Below, piece after piece: positions 1-9,036 of a stretch of DNA of 64,000 nucleotides. Under the pieces are notes generated by a model. It ran no database searches. It was not told where the DNA came from and saw nothing but the letters and a program-made list of their open reading frames with translations. This stretch comes from Gemmatimonadales bacterium (GTDB lineage: Bacteria > Gemmatimonadota > Gemmatimonadetes > Gemmatimonadales > GWC2-71-9). Position 1 is the stretch's first letter. The number at the start of each line of letters is the position of its first letter. The stretch lies in the NCBI GenBank assembly GCA_035491895.1, contig DATJJY010000084.1, positions 7,192-71,191 on the forward strand. The letters run 5' to 3'. The translations under genes were made by a program, and so were the position numbers.

Positions 1-813
1 CCGGCGCTCCGCCGCGCGGACATCGGCGTCGCCATGGGTCGCGGCGGCACTGACGTGGCGCGCGAGGCCGCCCACATGGTCCTCCTGGACGACAACTTCG
101 CCACCATCGTCGGCGCGGTGCGTGAGGGCCGCCGTATCTACGACAACCTCCGCAAGTTCGTGAAGTACAGTCTGACGACGGGGGTGGGCGAGATCTGGCC
201 CCTGTTCCTCGCCCCGCTGCTGGGGCTGCCGATTCCCCTGCTCCCCATCCACATCCTGTGGATCAACCTGGTCACTGACGGGCTCCCGGGCCTCACGCTC
301 GCGGCCGAACGGTCGGAGGCGGGCGTGATGCAGCGCCCGCCGCGGCCGCCACGGGAGAGCCTGTTCGCGCATGGACTGTGGCAACACGTCGTCTGGGTCG
401 GCCTCCTCATGGGCAGCGTGACGCTGGGCGCCCAAGCGTGGGCGTACAGTACCGGATCGGCGCACTGGCAGAGCATAACCTTCACAGTGATGGCCCTGTC
501 GCAGATGGCACACGTCCTCGCCATCCGTTCAGAGCGTGTGTCACTCCTCCGGCAAGGGCTGTGGTCCAATAGGTCGCTGTTGGGGGCGGTGGTGCTCACG
601 TTCGCCCTCCAGATGGCGACCCTTTATCTGCCGGCGCTCAATGCGGTGTTCAAGACCCAGCCCCTTACGGTGCCTGAGCTCGTTCTCTCGTTGTTGCTTT
701 CCACTCTGGTGTTCGTGGCCGTGGAAATCGAGAAGGCGGTGAGGCGCCGTGCCGACCGGCGGTCGCTATCGACTGCCGCCACCGGGATGGATCTGGGGAA
801 GGAGCAACGATGA
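1..813 (+). CDS. P-type cation-transporting ATPase, C-terminal part (5' end outside window)
   Basis: The frame is open from nt 1 (PALRRADIGVAMG...). It carries the GTDVAREAA..VLLDDNFATIV hinge motif, PIHILWINLVTDGLP and further hydrophobic helices typical of P2-type ATPase C-termini. Stop TGA at 811-813. Confidence 0.85.
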   Translation, partial: PALRRADIGVAMGRGGTDVAREAAHMVLLDDNFATIVGAVREGRRIYDNLRKFVKYSLTTGVGEIWPLFLAPLLGLPIPLLPIHILWINLVTDGLPGLTLAAERSEAGVMQRPPRPPRESLFAHGLWQHVVWVGLLMGSVTLGAQAWAYSTGSAHWQSITFTVMALSQMAHVLAIRSERVSLLRQGLWSNRSLLGAVVLTFALQMATLYLPALNAVFKTQPLTVPELVLSLLLSTLVFVAVEIEKAVRRRADRRSLSTAATGMDLGKEQR

Positions 814-1103
814 AAGCGCCCAGGCGAAGCGGGTTCCAAAGCATGGCAGGAAGATCGATCGTCGTGGGAGTGGACGCTTCATCCGAATCCCGTCGGGCTG
901 GCGCCGTAGCATGGGAGATTGCCCAGGCTTCGGGAATGAATTGCCACCTCGTGCACGCAGTGCCGGACGCGCGGGTTGCGAAGGCGATCGGTTCCGTCCC
1001 GGTCCACGACCGTCTGCTTATCGGCAGTGCGACCGAATGGCTGTTGAGCCGACTGGCCGCATCGCTGCTGGTTGTCCCGTTCGCGCGGGCCAAACGTCGG
1101 TAG
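810..1103 (+). CDS. Short universal-stress-protein-like protein (mini-USP, central part of the fold missing)
   Basis: ATG 810 overlaps the ATPase stop (ATGA), with GAAGGAG about 7 nt upstream. N-terminal SIVVGVDASSES..HLVHAV and C-terminal LLIGSATEWLLSRL..LLVVP match the two ends of the UspA fold, but only about 97 aa in total. Confidence 0.45.
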   Translation: MKAPRRSGFQSMAGRSIVVGVDASSESRRAGAVAWEIAQASGMNCHLVHAVPDARVAKAIGSVPVHDRLLIGSATEWLLSRLAASLLVVPFARAKRR

Positions 1104-1183
1104 AAGCCGCCTTCCGCACCGATTCACCTTCCCTTCATGAAGGAATCGGCAGCTTCCGTGAGGAAACTCAACCGGAGCCCGTT

Positions 1184-2104
1184 ATGTCGTGGAAGTCGAT
1201 CGTCGTAGGAGTGGACGCAACGCCCGCCGGAGGGCATGCGGCACAACTGGGCTTGCAGATCGCGGCCGCCGCGGAAGTCGAGTGCCGGCTGGTGCATGCG
1301 ACCCGCGATGTCTGGACGGCCATTACCGTCGAAGGGAATCCGGCGCACGCCGCGGCATTCCGGGCGGCAGCATTACATGCGGTGCGGGAGCGCCTGAACG
1401 TCGCACTGGAGGGTGTCGTCCCGTGGAAAGCCCTCCACAACGCGGACGTCAGGGAAGGGTGGGCACCCGCCGTACTCGATGACGTGGTGCGCGAAGCCGG
1501 TGCCGATCTCGTCATTCTCGGCGCCAAGCACCACACCGCGCTGGGACGCTGGCTCGGCGGCAGCACGGTGCACAACCTGGCGCGGATGCTGCGCGCGCCG
1601 CTCATGGTGACGGGTGAGCCGCCCGCCAAGATCCGGCGAGTGCTCGTTGCGCTGGACGCGTCGGCAGCCGCTCGGCCGACCTACGAGGCCGCCCGCCGGC
1701 TCGCCGATCTGTTCGACGCCGAGCTGAAAGCGCTGCACGTGATCGAGCCGCTGCCGATCCTGCCCGAGACGCCGCCACCGATGAATTCCATCGATTACGA
1801 GCAGCTGATGGAAGAGGACTGCGCCCAGAAAGTGTGGCCGATCGTCGGAGCGGAGGCCGAGCGGACGATCCGCCACGCCGTCGCCGACTTCGGCATCGCG
1901 GCGGAGGCAAAGGCGTGGGCAGCCGACGTCGTCGTGGTCGGCAGTCATGGCAAGGGTTTCGTGGAGCGGATGCTGGTGGGGAGCGTCACGGAACGTCTCC
2001 TGAGCGATTTGCCGGCGCCCATCCTGCTCGTCATTCCCGCCGGAAAGAAAGCGGCGCACCTCGCCCGCTCGACGAGTCCCGGGAGGCAGGCCGTCGCAGT
2101 CTGA
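1184..2104 (+). CDS. Tandem universal stress protein (two UspA domains)
   Basis: Real start is MSWKSIVVGVDATP (ATG 1184), inside the longer track ORF 749..2104. There are two repeats of the VGVD/..ALDAS ... DLVILGAKHH / VVVVGSHGKGFVERMLVGSVTERLL pattern. Confidence 0.8.
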   Translation: MSWKSIVVGVDATPAGGHAAQLGLQIAAAAEVECRLVHATRDVWTAITVEGNPAHAAAFRAAALHAVRERLNVALEGVVPWKALHNADVREGWAPAVLDDVVREAGADLVILGAKHHTALGRWLGGSTVHNLARMLRAPLMVTGEPPAKIRRVLVALDASAAARPTYEAARRLADLFDAELKALHVIEPLPILPETPPPMNSIDYEQLMEEDCAQKVWPIVGAEAERTIRHAVADFGIAAEAKAWAADVVVVGSHGKGFVERMLVGSVTERLLSDLPAPILLVIPAGKKAAHLARSTSPGRQAVAV

Positions 2105-2133
2105 TTGCGCCTTCGGATCTTTAGCAGTACAGC

Positions 2134-2161
2134 AGGGTGGCTTGTGACGGCAGGCCACCCT
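2134..2161 (+). terminator. Hairpin downstream of the USP gene (possible terminator)
   Basis: AGGGTGGC-N12-GCCACCCT gives an 8-bp stem, followed by TGTCGTAT (weak T tract). Confidence 0.4.
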
Positions 2162-2198
2162 TGTCGTATCCGCCTCCCGGCTGGAGCCTTAAGAGACG

Positions 2199-3188
2199 AT
2201 GCGCGCCATGCTGCTGGACGCTCCCGGCCACGCCCTCCGCCGGGTGACAGCCCCAGACCCTGAGGCAGGAGCTGGTGAAGTCCTGCTGCGCGTGCACGCC
2301 TGTGGCGTGTGCCGCACCGACCTGCATGTCTGCGACGGAGAGCTCCCGAACCCAAAACTTCCCCTCGTGCTGGGCCACGAAATCATCGGCACCGTTCTGG
2401 ACAGCGGGCCGGGAGCCAGCCGCTTTCCACCCGGGACTCGCATCGGCGTCCCCTGGCTCGGCTGGACGTGCGGCGAGTGCGGCTACTGTCGCTCGGGACG
2501 CGAGAATCTCTGCGACCGCGCCCGGTTCACCGGGTACCAGCGGGACGGTGGATACGCCGAGCTGGCGGTCGCCGATGAGCGGTTCTGCTTTCCTCTGCCG
2601 CCCGGGTTCGACGACTGCGCCGCCGCTCCCCTGCTCTGCGCCGGGTTGATCGGCTATCGGTCGCTCATGCTGGCCGGCGATGCACGGCGACTGGGCATTT
2701 ATGGTTTCGGCGCGGCCGCCCACATCGTCACGCAGGTCGCCCGGCACCAGGGTCGGCGCGTCTTCGCCTTCACCCGTCCCGGCGACGACGCGGGGCAGAC
2801 ATTCGCCCGCGAGCAGGGCGCCGAGTGGGCCGGGGGGTCCGATAAGCCCGCACCGGAGCCGCTCGACGCCGCGATCATCTTCGCGCCCGTGGGGGTGCTC
2901 GTCCCCACGGCGCTCGCCGCCGTAGCGAAGGGCGGCTCGGTCGTCTGCGCCGGGATCCATATGAGCGACGTTCCGTCATTCCCTTACCGCCTGCTCTGGG
3001 GTGAGCGCGTGGTGCGGTCGGTGGCGAATCTGACGCGCCAGGACGGAGCGGACTTTCTGAAAGTCGCCGGCGAGATACCGATCCGGACGTCGGTCGAGAC
3101 GTATCCCCTGGAAAACGCCAACGAAGCGCTGCGCGACCTCCGCGATGGCCGAGTGCGGGGTGCCGCGGTGCTGCGGTGCCATCAATGA
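2199..3188 (+). CDS. Zinc-dependent alcohol dehydrogenase family oxidoreductase
   Basis: ACGVCRTDLH and GHEIIGTV catalytic-Zn motifs, CGECGYCRSGRENLC structural-Zn motif, GFGAAAH Rossmann motif. 329 aa. Confidence 0.9.
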   Translation: MRAMLLDAPGHALRRVTAPDPEAGAGEVLLRVHACGVCRTDLHVCDGELPNPKLPLVLGHEIIGTVLDSGPGASRFPPGTRIGVPWLGWTCGECGYCRSGRENLCDRARFTGYQRDGGYAELAVADERFCFPLPPGFDDCAAAPLLCAGLIGYRSLMLAGDARRLGIYGFGAAAHIVTQVARHQGRRVFAFTRPGDDAGQTFAREQGAEWAGGSDKPAPEPLDAAIIFAPVGVLVPTALAAVAKGGSVVCAGIHMSDVPSFPYRLLWGERVVRSVANLTRQDGADFLKVAGEIPIRTSVETYPLENANEALRDLRDGRVRGAAVLRCHQ

Positions 3189-4768
3189 AGCTGGGCCGGT
3201 CCCGGTTGTCGGCTCACCGGCGCGCCCACCTCACATCGTTTCTCAACCTCCTCTTCTTCGGCCTCGCCCTCCTCGGACTCGATCGGTTGTTGGCGGCGTA
3301 CCAGCCCGGCGACGTCATTCGATCGCTGGCAGCGGTGCCGTTCTCGACGATCGTGCTGGCGGCGGCGATCTGCGCCCTCGGTTACCTCGCGCTCGTCGGG
3401 TACGACTACGTGGCGTTCCGCGTCGTCGGCCCCGATCTCTCGCTGCTCGAGATGCTGGTGCCCTCATTCGTGAGTTTCGCCGTCAGTAACAACGCTCCGG
3501 CATCGGTGGTGACGGCGGGCGGTGTGCGGTATCGCATGTACCGCCCCCACGGCCTGACGATCGCCGGGGCCGCCGCGGTCGCCGGTCTCAACGTCGCGAC
3601 CTACACGATCGGCCTGTGCGCTCTGGCGGGCGTATCCCTGATCCTGCACCCCTCCGGCGGACCCGCTGCGGGGCTGGGGTTATCGGGCGGTCTGCTCGGG
3701 AGCGTGCTGCTCGCCGTGGTCGCCGCGTATCTCGCGGCCGCGAGGTTTGCCGGAGGTTCGCTGCGCATCGGACGGCACGTGCTGCCGCTTCCTACCCTCC
3801 GCCTGGCGCTGGCTCAGCTCGGCGTATCGGTCGCCGACTGGCTGTTCTCCGCGGCGCCGCTCTACGTCCTCCTCATTAGGATGGCGCCGGTGCCGTTCTT
3901 CGCGTTTCTCACCACGTTCTTGATCGGCCAGTTCGCCGCCCTCCTGGCCCCGATCCCCGGGGGCATCGGTGTGTTCGAGGCGGTCGTGCTGGTGCTCCGC
4001 CCGCCGGAGGTGTCGGCGCCGCAGGTATTGGCGGTCCTCCTGCTCTACCGCGTGCTCTATTACCTGCTGCCGCTCATCGTCGCCGGCGTCATTCTCGCCG
4101 TGCGCGCCGTGCGCCAGGCGCGGGACGCGGATCGCCCGTTCCGCGAGCTGGCGGTCAGGAGCGCCGCGCTCGTACCCCGGATGCTCGGGCTCATCGCGTT
4201 TCTGGCGGGCGTCGTCCTGCTCGTGACCGGGGCAATCCCGGGAGACGATCGCCGGCTGGCGTGGCTCGCCACGTTCCTGCCGTTGCCCGTGATCGAGGCG
4301 TCTCACTTCTTCGCGAGCGTCGTCGGTGCGGTGCTGATCGTCTTCGCCTGGGGGGTAGAGCGTGGAGTCCGTTTCGCGTATCACGGCGTCGTCGGCTTGT
4401 TCGCCTGTAGCGTGCTGCTCGCGCTGCTGCGGTCGTTCGACGTGCTGCTGGCAAGCGTTTTCGCGGCTGCGTGCGTTCTCTTTATCGTTGCCGGTCGGAC
4501 ATTCCCGCGCGGCGACTCTCTGATGCGCGAGCCGATGGGGCCGCGCTGGATCTTCACTGTGGGGGCGGTGCTGCTGGTGGATTTCTGGATCGCGCTGCTC
4601 ACCTACCGCCACGTCCCGTACGGCGGCGAAACATGGTGGCATTTCGCGCTCGACGGCGACGGCCCGCGCGCGGTGCGAGCCGCCGTGGGGGCCTCGGTCG
4701 TGCTGTTGCTGTGGGCCACCGCCCGCCTGATCTCGGGAGTGGCGCCGTCGTCGTCACGACGACGCTGA
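3185..4768 (+). CDS. Polytopic membrane protein, lysyl-phosphatidylglycerol synthase TM-region / MprF flippase-like (no synthase domain)
   Basis: Roughly 12-14 hydrophobic helices. The N-terminal pattern (..VIRSLAAVPFSTIVLAAAICALGYLALVGYDYVAF) resembles the LPG_synthase_TM/UPF0104 family. ATG 3185 overlaps the ADH stop (ATGA); a GTG at 3176 is an alternative start. Confidence 0.6.
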   Translation: MKLGRSRLSAHRRAHLTSFLNLLFFGLALLGLDRLLAAYQPGDVIRSLAAVPFSTIVLAAAICALGYLALVGYDYVAFRVVGPDLSLLEMLVPSFVSFAVSNNAPASVVTAGGVRYRMYRPHGLTIAGAAAVAGLNVATYTIGLCALAGVSLILHPSGGPAAGLGLSGGLLGSVLLAVVAAYLAAARFAGGSLRIGRHVLPLPTLRLALAQLGVSVADWLFSAAPLYVLLIRMAPVPFFAFLTTFLIGQFAALLAPIPGGIGVFEAVVLVLRPPEVSAPQVLAVLLLYRVLYYLLPLIVAGVILAVRAVRQARDADRPFRELAVRSAALVPRMLGLIAFLAGVVLLVTGAIPGDDRRLAWLATFLPLPVIEASHFFASVVGAVLIVFAWGVERGVRFAYHGVVGLFACSVLLALLRSFDVLLASVFAAACVLFIVAGRTFPRGDSLMREPMGPRWIFTVGAVLLVDFWIALLTYRHVPYGGETWWHFALDGDGPRAVRAAVGASVVLLLWATARLISGVAPSSSRRR

Positions 4769-4771
4769 TCC

Positions 4772-5287
4772 TCAATCCGTATCGGGAGCGTGCACGACCC
4801 CGATATACGGAAGCGTCCGGTACTTGTTGTCGTAGTCGAGGCCGTAGCCGACCACCCAGCGATCCGGAATCTCGAATCCCACGTAATCGAGCCGCACTGC
4901 GGTATTCTCGTGGCCGCGCTTGCGCACCAGGACGCACGTCCGGAGCGACGCCGGCTCGCGGATCTCGAACATCTTCACGAGGTAGGAGAGGGTACACCCC
5001 GAGCTGACGATATCCTCGACGATGACCACGTGGCGGCTCTTGATGTCGACGCGCACGTCCATCGCCAGCCGGACCGACCCCATGGGCAGGCTGCCCCGGT
5101 CGTACTGGGACAGCGAAACGAAGTCCACCGCGCAGGGCACCGTGAGCCGCCGGGTCAGGTCCGCCAGAAACACATAGGAGCCGCGCAGCACCCCCACCAT
5201 CAACAGGTCTTCCACCCCTGCGTGATCGTGTGAAATGCGGCGGGCGAGCTCATCCACGCGATCGGCGATCGCGGATGCCGGAATCAT
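4772..5287 (-). CDS. hpt: Hypoxanthine(-guanine) phosphoribosyltransferase
   Basis: VVIVEDIVSSGCTLS PRPP-binding loop, LLMVGVLRGSYVFLADL, and C-terminal DYVGFEIPDRWVVGYGLDYDNKYRTLPYIGV. Likely start is MIPASAIADRV (5287); the track ORF extends to 5353. Confidence 0.9.
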   Translation of the reverse strand: MIPASAIADRVDELARRISHDHAGVEDLLMVGVLRGSYVFLADLTRRLTVPCAVDFVSLSQYDRGSLPMGSVRLAMDVRVDIKSRHVVIVEDIVSSGCTLSYLVKMFEIREPASLRTCVLVRKRGHENTAVRLDYVGFEIPDRWVVGYGLDYDNKYRTLPYIGVVHAPDTD

Positions 5288-5307
5288 GACGGGCGGCTGG
5301 AACCCGC

Positions 5308-6696
5308 TCACACCGGCACCTGCTCCCCGTCCTGTGCCGGACGGCTCGACCATCCCATCTTGGACGAGATCAGGTCGCCGAGCATTTTCGCGGCGGGCGG
5401 TTCACCGTGTACGAGGTAGGTCGTGCGCGGCGGGCGCTTGAATCCGCCGAGCCACCGCAGCATCTCGTTCTGATCGGCGTGCGCCGAGAGACCGTGAATC
5501 GTTTCCACCTTCGCCTGTACCGGCACATCCTCGCCGAACAACCGCAGCGTCTTCGCCCCGTCCTGCAGCGAGCGGCCACGGGTCCCGAGCGCCTGGAAGC
5601 CCACCAGCAGGACCGTGTTCTTTGGATCGGGCAGCCGGTGCGCGAGGTGATGCAGGATGCGGCCGCCGGTCGCCATTCCCGAAGCCGACACGATGATCGC
5701 CGGACCGCGCAGGTCATTCAGGCGCTTCGATTCTTCCACGGCCCTTACAAAGTGGCAATGCGCCGTATGGAGCGGAGTCTGACCGCGCCTGATCTCCGCC
5801 ATGAACTCCTCGTCGAGCTCCTCCGGGTGGTGCAGATAGATCTCCGTGACGTCGGTCGCGGAAGGGCTGTCGACGTACACCGGTAACTGAGGAACACGTC
5901 CCGCATCCTCGAGGTGATGCAGCATCCAGAGCAATTCCTGCGTCCGGTCCACCACGAACGCCGGGACGACGAGGACCCCGCCGCGATCCGCGGTCGCCTT
6001 CACGACGCTCGCCAGCTCGTCGTCGGTACCGGCGGGATGAATGCGGTCGCCGTACGTCGACTCGAGGAGCAGTACGTCCGCTTCCGCCACCGGCTCGGGA
6101 TCCGGCAGGATGGGCCGGTCGTAGCGTCCCAGATCGCCCGAGAAGACGATGCGCGGACCGGGACCCAGCTTCACGTCCACCGTCGCCGCGCCGAGGATGT
6201 GGCCCGCTCGGCGATACGTCACGGTGATGTCGCCCGCGACCGGGAACGCCTGTCCGTACGGCGGCGCCGGTCGCAGCTGCGTCAGCGCCTGTTCCGCGTC
6301 GGCCGCCGTGTAGAGCGGCAATGCCGGCGTGTGCTTCGAGTAGCCATGACGGTTGGCCCGCTCGGCGTCCTCTTCCTGGAGGTGGGCGGCATCGGGGAGC
6401 AGGACCCCCAGGAGGTCCACGGTCGCTTTGGTGCAGTGAATCGGTCCACGGTACCCGCGCTTCACGAGCAGCGGCAGCGCGCCGGTGTGATCGATGTGGG
6501 CGTGCGAGATGACGACCGCGTCCAACGCCGTCGGATCGAACTGGAAGTCGCGCCAGTTCCGCTCGCGCAGCTCCTTCAATCCCTGGAAGAGCCCGCAATC
6601 GAGCAGCACGCGGCGCCCGCTGGCGGTAACGAGGTGCATCGAGCCGGTGACGGTCCCGGCCGCACCGAGAAACTGAATGGAAGGGGCGTTCGCCAT
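5308..6696 (-). CDS. MBL-fold metallo-hydrolase with beta-CASP/RNA-metabolising domain
   Basis: Start MANAPSIQFLGAAGTVTGS (ATG 6696). ISHAHIDHTGALP (HxHxDH) motif, and a later ...HGLSAHADQNEMLRW beta-CASP motif C-like region. Confidence 0.85.
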   Translation of the reverse strand: MANAPSIQFLGAAGTVTGSMHLVTASGRRVLLDCGLFQGLKELRERNWRDFQFDPTALDAVVISHAHIDHTGALPLLVKRGYRGPIHCTKATVDLLGVLLPDAAHLQEEDAERANRHGYSKHTPALPLYTAADAEQALTQLRPAPPYGQAFPVAGDITVTYRRAGHILGAATVDVKLGPGPRIVFSGDLGRYDRPILPDPEPVAEADVLLLESTYGDRIHPAGTDDELASVVKATADRGGVLVVPAFVVDRTQELLWMLHHLEDAGRVPQLPVYVDSPSATDVTEIYLHHPEELDEEFMAEIRRGQTPLHTAHCHFVRAVEESKRLNDLRGPAIIVSASGMATGGRILHHLAHRLPDPKNTVLLVGFQALGTRGRSLQDGAKTLRLFGEDVPVQAKVETIHGLSAHADQNEMLRWLGGFKRPPRTTYLVHGEPPAAKMLGDLISSKMGWSSRPAQDGEQVPV

Positions 6697-6728
6697 GCGC
6701 CTAAGATGCACCCGGCGCCCGCACGCGG

Positions 6729-7508
6729 CTAACTCGCGCGACCTGCTTCGATCACCCCCAGCACTCGCAACAGTCCGTCCAGGAACGTGAGCGGATGCGG
6801 CGGACACCCTGGTACCCAGAGATCGACCGGGATCTCGCCGGGAACGCCGTTCGAGACTTCCGGGCTGCCGCGAAACGGCCCCCCACTCACGGCGCAAGCG
6901 CCCACAGCCAGCACGATCTTCGGCGGCGGAACGGCGTCGTAAGTCTTCTGCAGCGCCAAACGCATGTTGACGTTGACGGCGCCGGTGATCACGATTCCAT
7001 CGGCGTGGCGAGGCGAAGCGACGAACTGCACGCCGAAACGGGCCAGGTCGAACACCACATTACCGAGGGCTACGAGCTCGGCCTCGCACCCGCCGCAGCT
7101 CCCCGCCACGACCGACCGGAGCCGCAGCGATCGCCCAAACAGCTTGCGACTGCGCTCGTCGAGCGCCCGCGCCAGCTCCACCTCGCCGCCTGGCGTCACC
7201 AGGGCGTCGCGTCGGTCGACAGCCATCCGATAATCCCGGGAGTACCCGATGGCGCCCGCCGGACACGCTGCGGCCTCCTCAGGACTGAAGAGACACGACC
7301 CGAGGTCCAGCGACGTCCGAGCGTTCGGGCCTTCTACCAGGAATGCCGAGGGGGCGTGGGCGCGGCACTCGCTGCAGTCATCCGGGCAACGCGCGGGGTC
7401 GCGCACCGCGCGGCCACGGAACCGCTCCGGGAGCTCGGGGAGAGGTCCCCGTGGAAAGGGCAGGGTGCGCATCCCCTGCCGCAGCCGGTTGCGGATCAGG
7501 TCGAGCAC
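6729..7508 (-). CDS. Ehr/Hyc small subunit: NuoB/HycG-like [4Fe-4S] domain fused to a degenerate HycF/NuoI-like ferredoxin N-terminus
   Basis: C-terminal half has GSCGGCEAE ... GACAVSGGPF ... VPGCPPHP (NuoB/HycG cluster motifs). N-terminal half has ..RNRLRQGMRTLPFPRGP..FRGRAVRDPARCPDDCSECRAHAP...CLFSPEEAAACPAGAI (HycF-like with depleted Cys). Start is probably GTG 7508; ATG 7472 is the alternative. Confidence 0.8.
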   Translation of the reverse strand: MLDLIRNRLRQGMRTLPFPRGPLPELPERFRGRAVRDPARCPDDCSECRAHAPSAFLVEGPNARTSLDLGSCLFSPEEAAACPAGAIGYSRDYRMAVDRRDALVTPGGEVELARALDERSRKLFGRSLRLRSVVAGSCGGCEAELVALGNVVFDLARFGVQFVASPRHADGIVITGAVNVNMRLALQKTYDAVPPPKIVLAVGACAVSGGPFRGSPEVSNGVPGEIPVDLWVPGCPPHPLTFLDGLLRVLGVIEAGRAS

Positions 7509-7524
7509 GAGACCGTCCCGCCGG

Positions 7525-9036
7525 TCACAGGTCGTGCCCGGCGTAGGAGAGATTGAAGCTCTTGTTGCACAGCGGGAAGTCGGAGATCTCGTTCCCGGGC
7601 ATCGCAAGCGCGAGTGCGGCCCAATTGTGGAACGACGGGTCCGTGACCTTGTGCCGGCGGATGCTTCCCGTGTCGTCCGTGATGACCACGTGCACGATCT
7701 CCCCGCGCCACCCCTCGACCATCGCCACGACCAGCTCGTCGGGCCGCAGCGGTCCGCACGACACGCGGGCTTCGCCCCGAGGCAGCGCGCCGAGCTGCTC
7801 GATGAGGAAGGCGAGTGAGCGCTGAATTTCCAGCCGCCGCACCAGTGCCCGCGCCAGCACGTCGCCTGCCCAGGCCGTGGCCACCGGAATGTGGGCGAAA
7901 CGAAAGATCCCGTAGGGATGATCCTGGCGCACGTCCCGCGACATTTCGCACGCGCGTGCCACCGGACCGACGAGGCCGGCGTCGCCGCAGGCGGCCTTGG
8001 GCACAATGCCCACGCCTTCGAAGCGGGCCTGTACCGACGCGCTCTGGAACATCAAATCGAGGACCGGCTCAACTTCATCCCTGAGTCCCTCCAGTCGGCC
8101 GTGCATGTACGCCGCCATCTCCGGCGGGATGTCGAATCCGGCTCCTCCCGGCCGCACCAATCCACGACCGTACCGGTTGCCGCTCAGCGTCATCAGGAGA
8201 TTCAGGCACTCACCGCGCAGCCGTCCGAGGTACGCTGCGGCCGGCGCATAGGCCACATCGCCGGCCATGGCGCCGAGATCGCCGATATGGTTGGCCAACC
8301 GCTCGAGCTCGAGGGCGATGCCGCGGATCGTCTGCGCGCGCGGCGTCTTACGGGTGCGTGCGAGAGCCTCCAAGGCCCCGCAATACGCTTCAGCGTGCCC
8401 GATTACGGTATCCCCCGCGATCGACTCGGCCAGCAGCACGCCACGCACGGAGTCGAGCGTCTCCAGCAGCCGCTCCACGCCGCGGTGTTGGTACCCCAGC
8501 ATGATCTCCAGAAACAACACTGTTTCGCCGTGCGCCTGGAAACGAAAGTGTCCCGGCTCGATGATTCCGGCGTGCACGGGACCCACCGCCACCTCGTGGA
8601 CCTCATCGCCCTCGATCCGGAAGAACGGATGTGCCTCCCGATCTATCGCGCCGCCCCGGCGGGCTGGTGACACGTGATCCGGCGGGTGGCGCCGCAACGG
8701 CTTGAGCCAGGGGTGGCCCTCGGGCACCACGCCGCATTGCTCCGCGATTTCGCGCTCGAAGCGGTCTGCCTGGGCGCACTGCAGCGTGAGTGCCGGGTAG
8801 CGGAGATCCACGACCGTGGTCGACACCATCAGGTCGCCGCGGACATCATCGGCCAGGACAGCGACGAGCCTGGTCTGATCGTCTCTTTCAGGCATGCCAA
8901 ACAGCGACACGAGCCGCCACCCATCTGCCACCGCTTGCACCAGCGACTCGCGGAAACTGTCGAGCGATTCGCGCGGAACCGACTTCCAGGGAACGGCCCG
9001 GCGATTACGCAGCCCGAGCTCCCCGAAGTCTCTCAT
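7525..9036 (-). CDS. Ehr large subunit: NuoC-NuoD/HycE-like fusion lacking all four [NiFe] cysteine ligands
   Basis: ATG 9036 overlaps the upstream stop (ATGA). N-terminal NuoC-like domain, then HEVAVGPVHAGIIEPGHFRF, LGYQHRGVERLLE, ERLANHIGD. The position of RxCGxCxxxH reads ESIAGDTVIGH, and the position of DPCxxCxxR reads FNLSYAGHDL at the C-terminus. Confidence 0.85.
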   Translation of the reverse strand: MRDFGELGLRNRRAVPWKSVPRESLDSFRESLVQAVADGWRLVSLFGMPERDDQTRLVAVLADDVRGDLMVSTTVVDLRYPALTLQCAQADRFEREIAEQCGVVPEGHPWLKPLRRHPPDHVSPARRGGAIDREAHPFFRIEGDEVHEVAVGPVHAGIIEPGHFRFQAHGETVLFLEIMLGYQHRGVERLLETLDSVRGVLLAESIAGDTVIGHAEAYCGALEALARTRKTPRAQTIRGIALELERLANHIGDLGAMAGDVAYAPAAAYLGRLRGECLNLLMTLSGNRYGRGLVRPGGAGFDIPPEMAAYMHGRLEGLRDEVEPVLDLMFQSASVQARFEGVGIVPKAACGDAGLVGPVARACEMSRDVRQDHPYGIFRFAHIPVATAWAGDVLARALVRRLEIQRSLAFLIEQLGALPRGEARVSCGPLRPDELVVAMVEGWRGEIVHVVITDDTGSIRRHKVTDPSFHNWAALALAMPGNEISDFPLCNKSFNLSYAGHDL

